In this document: piece by piece, positions 51,689 to 60,678 of the stretch
How positions within the stretch are numbered: the first letter of the stretch is position 1
Layout of the letters: the number at the start of each line of letters is the position of its first letter
Assembly (NCBI GenBank): GCA_964594735.1
Contig: CAZQMS010000003.1
Span: 30,043 to 94,042, forward strand
From: an uncultured Candidatus Saccharibacteria bacterium
GTDB taxonomy: Bacteria > Patescibacteriota > Minisyncoccia > Phycocordibacterales > UBA2100
Direction of reading: 5' to 3'
DNA: 64,000 bases
The notes under the pieces: generated by a model
Told to the model about the DNA's origin: nothing
The model's database searches: none
The model's input: only the letters and a program-made list of their open reading frames with translations
Made by a program: the position numbers and the translations under genes

Positions 51689-52642
51689 ATGACAGAAGTA
51701 CTCAAAGGAACGGATTTTGATTTTCTTGGTGCCAAGTACACGGGCAAGGTGCGTGACGTGTACGACCTGCCAGCGCAGGCAGGCATGGGGGACAGGCTCG
51801 CGCTCGTGACGACAGACCGACACTCATCTTTCGACCGCATCATCGCGCATGTCCCGCACAAGGGGCAGGTGCTGAATCAACTGAGCGCGTGGTGGTGTGA
51901 AAAGACGAAGGATATCGTACCGAACCACATCATCTCGGTGCCCGACCCCTCTGTCACGATAGGCAAGAAATGTAAGACGGTGCCCGTCGAGGCTGTGGTC
52001 CGCGGGTACATGACGGGCGTCACTGATACGTCGCTCTGGACCCACTACGAGAAGGGAAAAAGAGACTTCGGGAATTTCCAGCTGCCGGATGGCATGAAAA
52101 AGAATCAGCGGCTCTTGCGCCCCGTCTTCACTCCGTCGACAAAGCAGGACACGCACGACAGGACGCTTTCGCCGCAGGAGCTCATCAACGAAGGTGTCAT
52201 CTCGAGATCGATGATAGATACGGTTGAGAAGGTCGCGATAGCGCTCTACTCACGCGGCGCGGAGATAGCAGCCTCGCGCGGACTTATCCTCGTGGACACG
52301 AAGTATGAATTCGGTCTCGATGATCGCGGCACTCTTACGCTGATCGACGAGATACACACTCCCGATTCGTCGCGTTATTGGCAGAGCGCTTCATACCAGG
52401 GGCGTATTGATGCGGGAGAAGAGCCGGAGTATTTTGACAAGGAATTCTTGCGCCTGTGGTTCAAAGAACACTGCGATCCCTACAAAGACGCGACGCTCCC
52501 CGAGGCTCCGCCCGAGCTTGTAGAGGAGCTAAGCGCCAGGTATATTCGCATGTATGAGCAAATTACGGGGGAAAAATTCAAGCCGGGCAAAGAGCCCATC
52601 CTCCCGCGCATCGAAAAGAATCTCCGAGCTATTGTCGCTTAA
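51689..52642 (+). CDS. purC: Phosphoribosylaminoimidazole-succinocarboxamide synthase
   Basis: YTGKVRDVY and LILVDTKYEFG motifs. Confidence 0.9.
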   Translation: MTEVLKGTDFDFLGAKYTGKVRDVYDLPAQAGMGDRLALVTTDRHSSFDRIIAHVPHKGQVLNQLSAWWCEKTKDIVPNHIISVPDPSVTIGKKCKTVPVEAVVRGYMTGVTDTSLWTHYEKGKRDFGNFQLPDGMKKNQRLLRPVFTPSTKQDTHDRTLSPQELINEGVISRSMIDTVEKVAIALYSRGAEIAASRGLILVDTKYEFGLDDRGTLTLIDEIHTPDSSRYWQSASYQGRIDAGEEPEYFDKEFLRLWFKEHCDPYKDATLPEAPPELVEELSARYIRMYEQITGEKFKPGKEPILPRIEKNLRAIVA

Positions 52643-54038
52643 CGAACTCACCGCAGTCTCGAGTGTTGATGGTCGATACCGCAGGCAATCTGCGGCCTTT
52701 GCGCTCTATTTCAGTGAGTATGCCCTCATGCAGAAGCGTCTTGTCGTCGAATGCGAGTACCTCATCGCGCTCTCCAAGACTCCGCATACGGGCGTACGCA
52801 GATTCTCGCCTCGCGAAATCCTCTTGCTTCGGTCAATCCCCAAAATCTCCCTTGAGGATGCTGGCGTAATCAAATCAATTGAGCGTGACGGGTATGGCGA
52901 CATACCCGCGACGAATCACGATGTGAAGGCGGTAGAGTATTTCATAAAGCTGCGGCTTTCGAAGACGTCGCTGAGAGACGTATCGGAGTGGGTGCATTTC
53001 GCGCTCACATCGGAAGATGTGAACAGTGTCGCGCACGGTTTTGCGCTCCGCAGTGCAGTTGAATCGACCGTTCTCCCGACACTACAAGACATCGACCGCG
53101 AACTTGAGAAGCTTGCACGTGCTCACAAACGCACACCGATGCTCGCCCGCACGCATGGCCAGGCAGCTTCTCCGACGACATTCGGCAAAGAGATGCAGGT
53201 CTTTCTTTCGCGCGTGCGCCGACAGGTTGATGAGCTAAAAGCACGTCCCGTGCTCGTAAAATGGGGAGGCGCGACGGGGAATTACAACGCGCACAGCGTA
53301 GCCCTGCCCGAAATAGACTGGCCACGCCTGGCGAAGAAATTTGTGGAAGGACTGAATACTGAAGCCGACGGCAAGAAGCACTCCGTGCGACTCGAGCTCA
53401 ACGAGTTCACGACACAGATAGAACCTCACGATACCTACGCTGAGATGTTTGATTCGATGCGCCGTATCAATACGATTCTTATCGACTTGTCACAAGACAT
53501 GTGGCGCTACATTTCCGACGCGTGGCTTACTCAAAAGCCGAAGGCGGGGGAGGTGGGGTCTTCGGCAATGCCGCATAAGGTAAACCCAATCGACTTCGAG
53601 AATGCGGAAGGGAACCTGGGTGTGGCGAATGCGCTCTTCGAGCACTTCTCGCGGAAGCTTCCCATATCACGCCTCCAGCGCGATCTCTCCGACTCCACGG
53701 TCGAGCGTGTATTCGGGACGGCATTTGCCCACTCATGCATTGGCTACCTGTCATTGCTGCGCGGTTTCAGTAAATTGGAAGTGAACAAAGCGGGCATGCT
53801 CTTGGCGCTTCGTGAACATCCCGAGGTGCTCGCCGAAGCCATACAGACGGTGTTGAGAACAAAGGGTGTACCCGTGCCGTACGAGAGACTGCGCGACCTC
53901 ACACGGGGGCGGAAAGTGTCCGTCGCTGATTTTGCGAAATTTATCGACTCTCTAAGCCTGGACTCGCGTGTGAAAAAGCAACTGAAGAAGCTCCGCCCGG
54001 AAACATATACCGGTATTGCAGATAAGCTCGTGGACTAG
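52632..54038 (+). CDS. purB: Adenylosuccinate lyase
   Basis: Lyase_1 signature GSSAMPHKVNP. The N-terminus aligns from LSLNELTAVSSVDGRY, so the start is probably the TTG at 52632; the upstream ATG at 52554 would overlap purC by 89 nt. Confidence 0.8.
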   Translation: MSLNELTAVSSVDGRYRRQSAAFALYFSEYALMQKRLVVECEYLIALSKTPHTGVRRFSPREILLLRSIPKISLEDAGVIKSIERDGYGDIPATNHDVKAVEYFIKLRLSKTSLRDVSEWVHFALTSEDVNSVAHGFALRSAVESTVLPTLQDIDRELEKLARAHKRTPMLARTHGQAASPTTFGKEMQVFLSRVRRQVDELKARPVLVKWGGATGNYNAHSVALPEIDWPRLAKKFVEGLNTEADGKKHSVRLELNEFTTQIEPHDTYAEMFDSMRRINTILIDLSQDMWRYISDAWLTQKPKAGEVGSSAMPHKVNPIDFENAEGNLGVANALFEHFSRKLPISRLQRDLSDSTVERVFGTAFAHSCIGYLSLLRGFSKLEVNKAGMLLALREHPEVLAEAIQTVLRTKGVPVPYERLRDLTRGRKVSVADFAKFIDSLSLDSRVKKQLKKLRPETYTGIADKLVD

Positions 54039-54040
54039 CC

Positions 54041-54823
54041 TTACTGCTTGAGCCCGAGACCTGTGCGAATGAGGTAGAGGTTGATAGCGATGAGTCCGCA
54101 TATCATCACTGCAAGAACGGATATTGATACCCACATCGAGATGTCCGCGATGCCGAGGAAGCCATAGCGGAATCCGTTGATGAGGTAAAAGAGCGGGTTG
54201 GCATACGTGAGTGCCTGCCACCACCCTGGCAGCGCATGCACGGAGTAAAAGATGCCGCCGAGGTACACGAGCGGCGTGAGGACGAAAGTGGGCACGAGGT
54301 TGATGCCATCGATAGTCTTTGCGTACACACCGTTGACGAGACCCGCGAGCGCAAAGACGAGTGCGGTCAGCACGGCAAAGAGGAGGATGATAAGAGCGCT
54401 GTGGACCGAAACGCTGAGACCTGTGAAGAATAGAGAAACTATCATAACAAGCGCTCCGACGAGCACGCCGCGCAATATGCCGCCTGCGACGAAGCCGGCG
54501 ATTATGAGCCAGGGTGGCATGGGAGAGACGAGCATTTCATCTATGGAGCGCATAAAGAATTTCGACTGGAAAAAGGTGAACGACGAATTCGCATACGCAG
54601 AGGTGACGATGGCAAGCATGACGAGGCCAGGCACCACAAACAGCATGTAGTCCACACCCTGCATTTCACCGATGCGGTCGCCGAGAATTGTGCCGAATAC
54701 AGCAAAATACAGCACCGATGTCACGACGCTTGGCAAAAAGGTCTGCACCCAGATACGGAAAATGCGCATGACATCCTTGCGGAGCATGGTGTAGAAGGCA
54801 ATCCATTTTCGGTAGGTATCCAT
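54041..54823 (-). CDS. ABC-2 type transporter permease
   Basis: 6 TM helices, ABC-2 family pattern. Confidence 0.8.
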   Translation of the reverse strand: MDTYRKWIAFYTMLRKDVMRIFRIWVQTFLPSVVTSVLYFAVFGTILGDRIGEMQGVDYMLFVVPGLVMLAIVTSAYANSSFTFFQSKFFMRSIDEMLVSPMPPWLIIAGFVAGGILRGVLVGALVMIVSLFFTGLSVSVHSALIILLFAVLTALVFALAGLVNGVYAKTIDGINLVPTFVLTPLVYLGGIFYSVHALPGWWQALTYANPLFYLINGFRYGFLGIADISMWVSISVLAVMICGLIAINLYLIRTGLGLKQ

Positions 54824-54824
54824 A

Positions 54825-55583
54825 CTATGAATCTTTAGTCAGCTTCAGGAATACTTCTTCGAGTCGGCCGCCGCGATATCCCTCCGCCACACCGCCTTTC
54901 TCCTCATGCATCGCGAGAAGCTCGTCCATCGTACCTTTGGCGACAATCTGGCCCTTGTTGATGATGGCTACGTGCTTCGCGAGTTGCTCTGCTTCTTCAA
55001 GGTAGTGCGTCGTGAGAAGAATCGTGAGGCCCTCTGAGGTGAGCTTGCGGAGGTAGTCCCACATGCCGCGACGCAGCTCTACGTCGACTCCAGCGGTGGG
55101 CTCGTCGAGAATCAAAAACTTCGGCTTGTGCACGAGTGCTCGCGCAATCATGAGGCGTCGCTTCATGCCGCCCGAGAGCTGCATGCCGGTGCCGTACATT
55201 TTGTCGCCGAGACCGAGGTCTTCCAGAAGTTGCTTCGCCCTCGGCAGTGCCTCGATGCGTGGAATGCCGTAGTAGCCCGCCTGATTGACCACGATGTCTA
55301 TCGGTTTCTCAAACGGGTTGAAATTGATTTCCTGCCCTACGAGCCCGATGAACGTCTTGGCAACTTCTGGTTCTTTATCGATATCGTGCCCGAAGACCTC
55401 TATGGAACCACTCGTTTTATTCACAAGTCCCGTGGTGATGCCGATGACGGTCGTCTTGCCGGCGCCATTGGGACCGAGGAGCGCAAAGAAATCGCCCTCA
55501 GGTATCTCGAGCGATACACCCCTCAGCGCCTGGGTGCCGTTGCCGTATGTCTTTACGAGATTCTCAATCCTGAGTGCATTCAT
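54825..55583 (-). CDS. ABC transporter ATP-binding protein
   Basis: Walker A GPNGAGKTT, signature LSGGMKRR, Walker B ILDEPT. Confidence 0.9.
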   Translation of the reverse strand: MNALRIENLVKTYGNGTQALRGVSLEIPEGDFFALLGPNGAGKTTVIGITTGLVNKTSGSIEVFGHDIDKEPEVAKTFIGLVGQEINFNPFEKPIDIVVNQAGYYGIPRIEALPRAKQLLEDLGLGDKMYGTGMQLSGGMKRRLMIARALVHKPKFLILDEPTAGVDVELRRGMWDYLRKLTSEGLTILLTTHYLEEAEQLAKHVAIINKGQIVAKGTMDELLAMHEEKGGVAEGYRGGRLEEVFLKLTKDS

Positions 55584-55589
55584 TGGGCG

Positions 55590-56306
55590 CTAGTGTATCA
55601 CTTCCTTGATGAAGGAAAAAGTATCATCCGGACCGGAGACTTCCTTTGTGGGAATAACACCGATGACGCTCTCATCATTGCGGCCAGGCTGTAGCGCATC
55701 GCCGACGTAGATGGAGTCGTCTTTTGTCCAATGTTGAGACTCGATGAGCCTGGGGACGTGATATCCCTTGTTCTTGCCCGCAAGGTAGATATCGAGACAG
55801 GTTGTCCCGCCAATAGTGACTTCGACACCAGCATCAAGTAGTCGAGTGCGCGCTGCAGAGTGCTGCTCAAGAATCGCGCGGCGCTTTGAACCGTCTGGAT
55901 CGAATGTTTTCTTTGTCATAAGCTGCTCGTTGTGGCCGATGAGGCTATAACTAATTTGCGAACCTCGATCTTCGACGAGGTCATTTTCATCACGGACAGA
56001 AAGTTGAATATCGTCATGTATTTCGCGAATGAACTCCACCACAACCCCCCGTTGCTCTTGAGTGAACGCTTCGCTCCAAAGGATTGTTCCGTCAGTAGAT
56101 ATGGCATGGTTGCCATTTTGTGTGAGCATAAAGCACCGCGCCCCGCTCGGTAGCTGTGCACGCATCTGGCTCTCCTGGGCCCCCGATACAACAATGACGT
56201 CCCTCTGCGCGCAGAGCTCAATAAAAAGCGGGATATGCTCCTCTCGCATTGGAGAGCGGCTCGGGGTGAGCGTATCGTCTAAGTCGAAGAATAGGTGTTT
56301 GAGCAT
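55590..56306 (-). CDS. HAD-superfamily hydrolase, subfamily IIB (paralog of 31024-31767)
   Basis: Motif I LFFDLDDTLT and motif IV YVGDALQPGRND. The start was moved to ATG 56306. Confidence 0.7.
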   Translation of the reverse strand: MLKHLFFDLDDTLTPSRSPMREEHIPLFIELCAQRDVIVVSGAQESQMRAQLPSGARCFMLTQNGNHAISTDGTILWSEAFTQEQRGVVVEFIREIHDDIQLSVRDENDLVEDRGSQISYSLIGHNEQLMTKKTFDPDGSKRRAILEQHSAARTRLLDAGVEVTIGGTTCLDIYLAGKNKGYHVPRLIESQHWTKDDSIYVGDALQPGRNDESVIGVIPTKEVSGPDDTFSFIKEVIH

Positions 56307-56313
56307 GCAGTAG

Positions 56314-56886
56314 TTACATCTTGCTTTCCCAGTACGACGCAGAGGCGGCGACGTAATTGGCAACGCGGCGCTCGGCGGCAGCGGCGAGTTTGGTGACCAG
56401 TTTTTCGCGCTCACTCTCCGGCGAGCCGCTGCGTATCCACTCAGATACGAGGTCTATGTGCGAAGGGTCAGAGAGCGTGAGTCGGCGACCTTTTGCGGCG
56501 GCGCGCAAAAGTGTCGGGCCGCCGATATCAGTCGTCTCGATGACTTCTTCTGGTGAGCCGCCGTCCGCAATAGTCTTCTCGAGCGGGTAGAGTGTCACGT
56601 ACACAAGTCCGATGAAGGGCACGCTGAGACGGTCGAGCTCGTTCATGTCCTCTTTTGTTGACGCAAGCAGCCCTGCATAGACCTTGCGCGCGAGCGTGAC
56701 GACGCGGTGTCCGAGTATCGGCGGGCCAACGAGTTTCCCAATATCCTCGCACGCGATGCCGATGCTAGAGAGGTATTTTGCGGTGCCGGCGGAGCCTAAG
56801 AGGCGCCAGCCATTGTCCTGCAGGAGACGCGCAAGTTTATCGACGTGAGCGTCCTTTTCAAACGAGCTTAAGAGCGCAGTTTTCAT
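56314..56886 (-). CDS. Stand-alone IMP cyclohydrolase domain protein (PurH N-terminal MGS-like domain only)
   Basis: ALLSSFEKD...LLGSAGTAKYL...GHRVVTLARKVYAGLLA...VYVTLYPL...DIGGPTLLRAAAKG match the PurH IMPCH domain. No AICAR transformylase domain is attached or present in the window. Confidence 0.65.
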   Translation of the reverse strand: MKTALLSSFEKDAHVDKLARLLQDNGWRLLGSAGTAKYLSSIGIACEDIGKLVGPPILGHRVVTLARKVYAGLLASTKEDMNELDRLSVPFIGLVYVTLYPLEKTIADGGSPEEVIETTDIGGPTLLRAAAKGRRLTLSDPSHIDLVSEWIRSGSPESEREKLVTKLAAAAERRVANYVAASASYWESKM

Positions 56887-56902
56887 CGTCGCATCGTATC
56901 AT

Positions 56903-58075
56903 TTAAGTCTGTTTTTTCGAAAAATCCACGGCAATCTCATTGAGCCCTTCGCGCAGGTCAGTTTCGTTGCCGACCGATCTGCGTCCGCGGACTCCCGGAA
57001 ACATCACCGACACAGTAGTCCCACGACCGACAGCGCTCCTGATGGTGATTTTTCCCTGGTGCATTTTGATGAGTTCCGAGACGATAGCGAGGCCGAGTCC
57101 CGTGCCGCCCTGGCCCTTTGTCCGCGATGGGTCGGCTCTATAGAACGGCTCGAATATGCGGAAAAGATCTTTGCGCGCGATTCCGATACCTGAATCTTGT
57201 ACAATGAGCTCGACATGATTGCCGGGAGCCGGCTCGACGGTGACGCGTATGTGGCCGCCTCTCGGTGTGTAGCTAATTGCATTTTTGATAAGGTTGCCGA
57301 CGATTTGCTGAAGCGCAGTCGCGTTTCCCCACACTTGCGCATCCGGGCTTTTCCTCAGCGTTACCTGGTGTTCGCCGCGCTTCGCCAGCAGTGAGAATTT
57401 CTGCACGACATCAGTCGTGACCGCTGAAAGATCGACCGCAGAGAATTCCATGCGCTCAGGCTTCACGAGCGCGGAGAGCGAGAGAAGATTGTTGATTATC
57501 TCTGAAATGCGGTCGAGTTCCTCCACATTGGAAAGCAGTGTCTCTTTCATGTCCGGCTTCACATTGTCGTCAAGGAGCGCCACCTCTGTGTTGGTCTTGA
57601 TGACAGAGAGGGGTGTGCGTAGCTCGTGCGCAATATTCCCGATAAATTGCTTCTGCGATTCAAGCGCGTTGCGCGTCGGGGCGAGCGTGATGCGTGCGAT
57701 GATGTAACCAAATAGAACTGTCGTGAGAATGATGACAGCAATGATGGTGACGAGGTTTTGTCTGCGGATTTCGCTGAGCTGGTCGACGAGCACGGCCCCC
57801 AGAGCTTCCGGCGGTGTGCCCGCCCGCGCGCTTTGCAATCCATGGAGGACGGCGTTGGAGATGTCGTGGTAGAGCAAGCTAAACGATGCTCCGACGAGTC
57901 CCAGCACGACCACGGCGAATGCGGCGTGCAGGAGCACGACATGCACCTCTGTCCGGTAAAAGGGATCGAAGCGGTACCTATTCAGTGAGGCGGTAGCCAA
58001 TTCCGCGGACTGTTTCAAGTACGCCCCGACCGTTTCCCTCACCAAGTTTGCGTCGAAGATTCTTGACATGCACAT
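56903..58075 (-). CDS. Sensor histidine kinase
   Basis: TM sensor region, HisKA (HELRTPLSVI), HATPase_c (GGTGLGLAIV). The N-terminus overlaps the upstream response regulator by 98 nt, so the true start is probably downstream. Confidence 0.85.
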   Translation of the reverse strand: MCMSRIFDANLVRETVGAYLKQSAELATASLNRYRFDPFYRTEVHVVLLHAAFAVVVLGLVGASFSLLYHDISNAVLHGLQSARAGTPPEALGAVLVDQLSEIRRQNLVTIIAVIILTTVLFGYIIARITLAPTRNALESQKQFIGNIAHELRTPLSVIKTNTEVALLDDNVKPDMKETLLSNVEELDRISEIINNLLSLSALVKPERMEFSAVDLSAVTTDVVQKFSLLAKRGEHQVTLRKSPDAQVWGNATALQQIVGNLIKNAISYTPRGGHIRVTVEPAPGNHVELIVQDSGIGIARKDLFRIFEPFYRADPSRTKGQGGTGLGLAIVSELIKMHQGKITIRSAVGRGTTVSVMFPGVRGRRSVGNETDLREGLNEIAVDFSKKQT

Positions 58076-58652
58076 CTACTACATTGCTAAAACCCACATA
58101 GTTGAAGTCCCACAGGTGGTTTAGAAGATCTTCTCTATTCACCACCTGATTGGGGTGGCGCATAAAGTACTCGAGGAGGCCGAATTCTTTCAGCGTGAGC
58201 TGCACTTCTTTGCCGGCTATTGTCACGCGTCGTTCAGATGGGTTGAGATCGATATCGCCGAGTGTCAGATTCTCTGGAAGCGACTCGCTGGGTCGACGCA
58301 TCAGTGCGCGGATTCTCGCCGCAAGTTCGGCAAAAGAAAACGGTTTTACCAGGTAATCATCGGCTCCGGAGAGCAGGAGTTGGACCTTCGTGTCTGTCTC
58401 ATTGCGGGCGGTCAGAACAAGTATGGGTATTGTAATGTTCATCTCGCGTACCTGCTTACAAATCTCGTACCCGTCCATCGACGGGAGCATGAGATCGAGA
58501 ATTATAAGGTCATAATCCGAACGATGGAGCGAAATGCGGGTGAGGGCTTTCTTACCGTCGGGTATCGTGTCGACCGTGTACCCTTCGAGACTGAGACCCT
58601 TGCTCAAGGCCTGTGCGAGCTTTTGCTCATCCTCCACGAGTAATATTTTCAT
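57978..58652 (-). CDS. OmpR-family response regulator
   Basis: Receiver domain (LLVEDE...DLIILDLMLP) plus a winged-helix trans_reg_C (NVVDVHVKNLRRKL). Confidence 0.9.
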   Translation of the reverse strand: MKILLVEDEQKLAQALSKGLSLEGYTVDTIPDGKKALTRISLHRSDYDLIILDLMLPSMDGYEICKQVREMNITIPILVLTARNETDTKVQLLLSGADDYLVKPFSFAELAARIRALMRRPSESLPENLTLGDIDLNPSERRVTIAGKEVQLTLKEFGLLEYFMRHPNQVVNREDLLNHLWDFNYVGFSNVVDVHVKNLRRKLGEGNGRGVLETVRGIGYRLTE

Positions 58653-58826
58653 ACGTGCATACGTGTGGCTATGAATAACGCCGGGCGTGCCTGGATGAAG
58701 AGTAATATGAACATTATGAAGTTTTCATGATGCCCTCTGTAGAGACGTCTGCAAGGCGCATATATTACTGCCTGTGGTTGCGAGCGCTCGGTGGCGCACT
58801 GAGGCAATTTCCGGTATCCTCTTTGC

Positions 58827-59279
58827 ATGAAAAACGGCAAAAAAGTCGGCTTTACCGCGGGGGCATTTGATCTATGCCACGCAGGGCACATGCTCGTATT
58901 CAAAGAGGCGAAAGAGGTGTGCGGATACCTCATTGTTGCACTCCAGGAAGACCCTTCGATCACGCCAGCAGAGTACCGCGGGAAGAAGAAGAATGTTCCC
59001 ATCATGTCTCTTGAGGAGCGCCGCATTATCCTCGAAGGCATCAAATACATAGACGAAATTGTTCTCTATCGAACAGAGGAAGACCTCCACAAGCTTCTGG
59101 TTGAGCTGAGGCCGGAGGTGCGCATCATCGGAGCAGACTGGAAGGGGAGGCCTTTCACCGGGCACGAGTTGCCGATGGAGGTGTACTTCAACTCACGCGG
59201 GCATAGCTATTCGACCACCGCTTTGCGAGAACGAATATATGAAGCTGAGAAGATCAAGCGCGAAGTGACGTCGGGATAA
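58827..59279 (+). CDS. Cytidylyltransferase-like protein (HxGH nucleotidyltransferase; TagD/RfaE domain II-like)
   Basis: GFTAGAFDLCHAGHM and an ISTT-like region (HSYSTTALRERI). Confidence 0.7.
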   Translation: MKNGKKVGFTAGAFDLCHAGHMLVFKEAKEVCGYLIVALQEDPSITPAEYRGKKKNVPIMSLEERRIILEGIKYIDEIVLYRTEEDLHKLLVELRPEVRIIGADWKGRPFTGHELPMEVYFNSRGHSYSTTALRERIYEAEKIKREVTSG

Positions 59280-59676
59280 TTACCTCGACTCCAAAACTGC
59301 GTATTTCGCGTGGGCGAAGTGCTCGAAAGTGCCGGCTGTCGGTGTCTAGCAGCACCGCATCTGCGCCCGCTAGGTTCTCCTCAAGCGCATCTCGATACAT
59401 TTCAAACGAAAGCTTTTGAGGGTACACACGACGAATGCGCGCCCCATTTCTCTCCAGCGACGAGATTATGTCGCGCGCGTTTTCTTTGGCTATCGTGTCT
59501 TCGTGATCGTCGAAACCTATAAGTACGACGGTAGCACCTGCCACGTACGTACCGCGTTTTCTGAGCGCTTCCGCGAGGTGGCGGATCGTGTACGAAGGAA
59601 CCCCCATGCGTGCTCGGCGAAGCCGTCGAATATCTGGCGTACGGGGGATTTTTTTGTGTCGGGTTTCGTGTGACAT
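59254..59676 (-). CDS. Hypothetical protein (possible Rossmann-like fold)
   Basis: 140-aa ORF that overlaps the convergent upstream gene by 26 nt. The true start may be internal (MGVPSY...). Confidence 0.35.
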   Translation of the reverse strand: MSHETRHKKIPRTPDIRRLRRARMGVPSYTIRHLAEALRKRGTYVAGATVVLIGFDDHEDTIAKENARDIISSLERNGARIRRVYPQKLSFEMYRDALEENLAGADAVLLDTDSRHFRALRPREIRSFGVEVIIPTSLRA

Positions 59677-60075
59677 AGCTACAATCGCAGCTCCTTCGCA
59701 GCGATGCCCGTATGCACCGGGGAGGCTGCGTGCTCTGCACTACAGCCTCCCCGGCTTACATGATGAGTACGTCGCGTTCCGACTTGGAGCGCTCGCTGTG
59801 TGAGTGCATGAGAAGAAGAATTATGTGTCGAACGGAAGTGTCCGCCGGGTGCTAATGATTATCGCTGATAATCCGTCGGGGTCTTTCGCCCAGCCCCAGT
59901 TTTGCCTACAAGATACGTGCGAACCAAAACTGGAGCTGGGCTGCCCCGCAATGTGCTATGCGTCCAGATGCAAACTCTATCCGGACTAACGTGAATCACG
60001 GATGAAGATGTGTCGGTACCCGTGACACACGGGTATACGCAATACACAATATTGAGAGCACAATCGAATCAGGAA

Positions 60076-60501
60076 TTAGACCCAGTAGGCGAGAATCGCG
60101 CCCATGATAAGCAGTGCGACGAGATAGTAGCCAGCGCTGATACACCAATAACTCCACGAGCGGCCGTTCCAGAGCACATCGCCCACAGTGACGGGCGCGA
60201 CGAAGCCGAGCCAGTACCAGAATGACGCGGTTACGCCGCCAAGAATCCCGTATGTGTTTGTATACGCCATGCCGAAGATAATTGCGTGAGCGAGTACGTA
60301 GCTCATGAGAAGTGCCCCGAGTATCTGAATGACATAGGTCAACGCCATCCCTTTCTGCTTATCCGCTTCGAGTGATTCTGCGGTGCGACCAGAGAGCGCC
60401 ATCCATTTCTTGCCGAAGAGCGGCCCGTACCACAGAAAACCGAGCACCATGTTTGAGACCGCCGCAGCGATGACCGCGTAGTAATTGATAGGTATATCCA
60501 T
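60076..60501 (-). CDS. DUF1761-like small membrane protein (paralog of 6744-7145)
   Basis: Shares the WYGPLFGKKWM, LWNGRSWSYW and LGFxWY motifs with the first copy. Confidence 0.7.
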   Translation of the reverse strand: MDIPINYYAVIAAAVSNMVLGFLWYGPLFGKKWMALSGRTAESLEADKQKGMALTYVIQILGALLMSYVLAHAIIFGMAYTNTYGILGGVTASFWYWLGFVAPVTVGDVLWNGRSWSYWCISAGYYLVALLIMGAILAYWV

Positions 60502-60678
60502 ACAGGAATGCTTACGAGGTAATACGGCTATAGTACGCCCCGGGCGAGACGCCGCAATGGGTATTCATGAATAACTTCACGCCGCTTTAATGCACCGCGG
60601 TGTCTTATGTAGAGGCACGCGATTCGTCCGAAGGCGAAACCGCGTGGTTACCCATTCTTATTTGCTAAGTGATTCATT

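Noticed and set aside
58649-59050. 133-aa minus ORF
   Set aside because: Antisense to the cytidylyltransferase gene (clear HxGH motif on plus strand).
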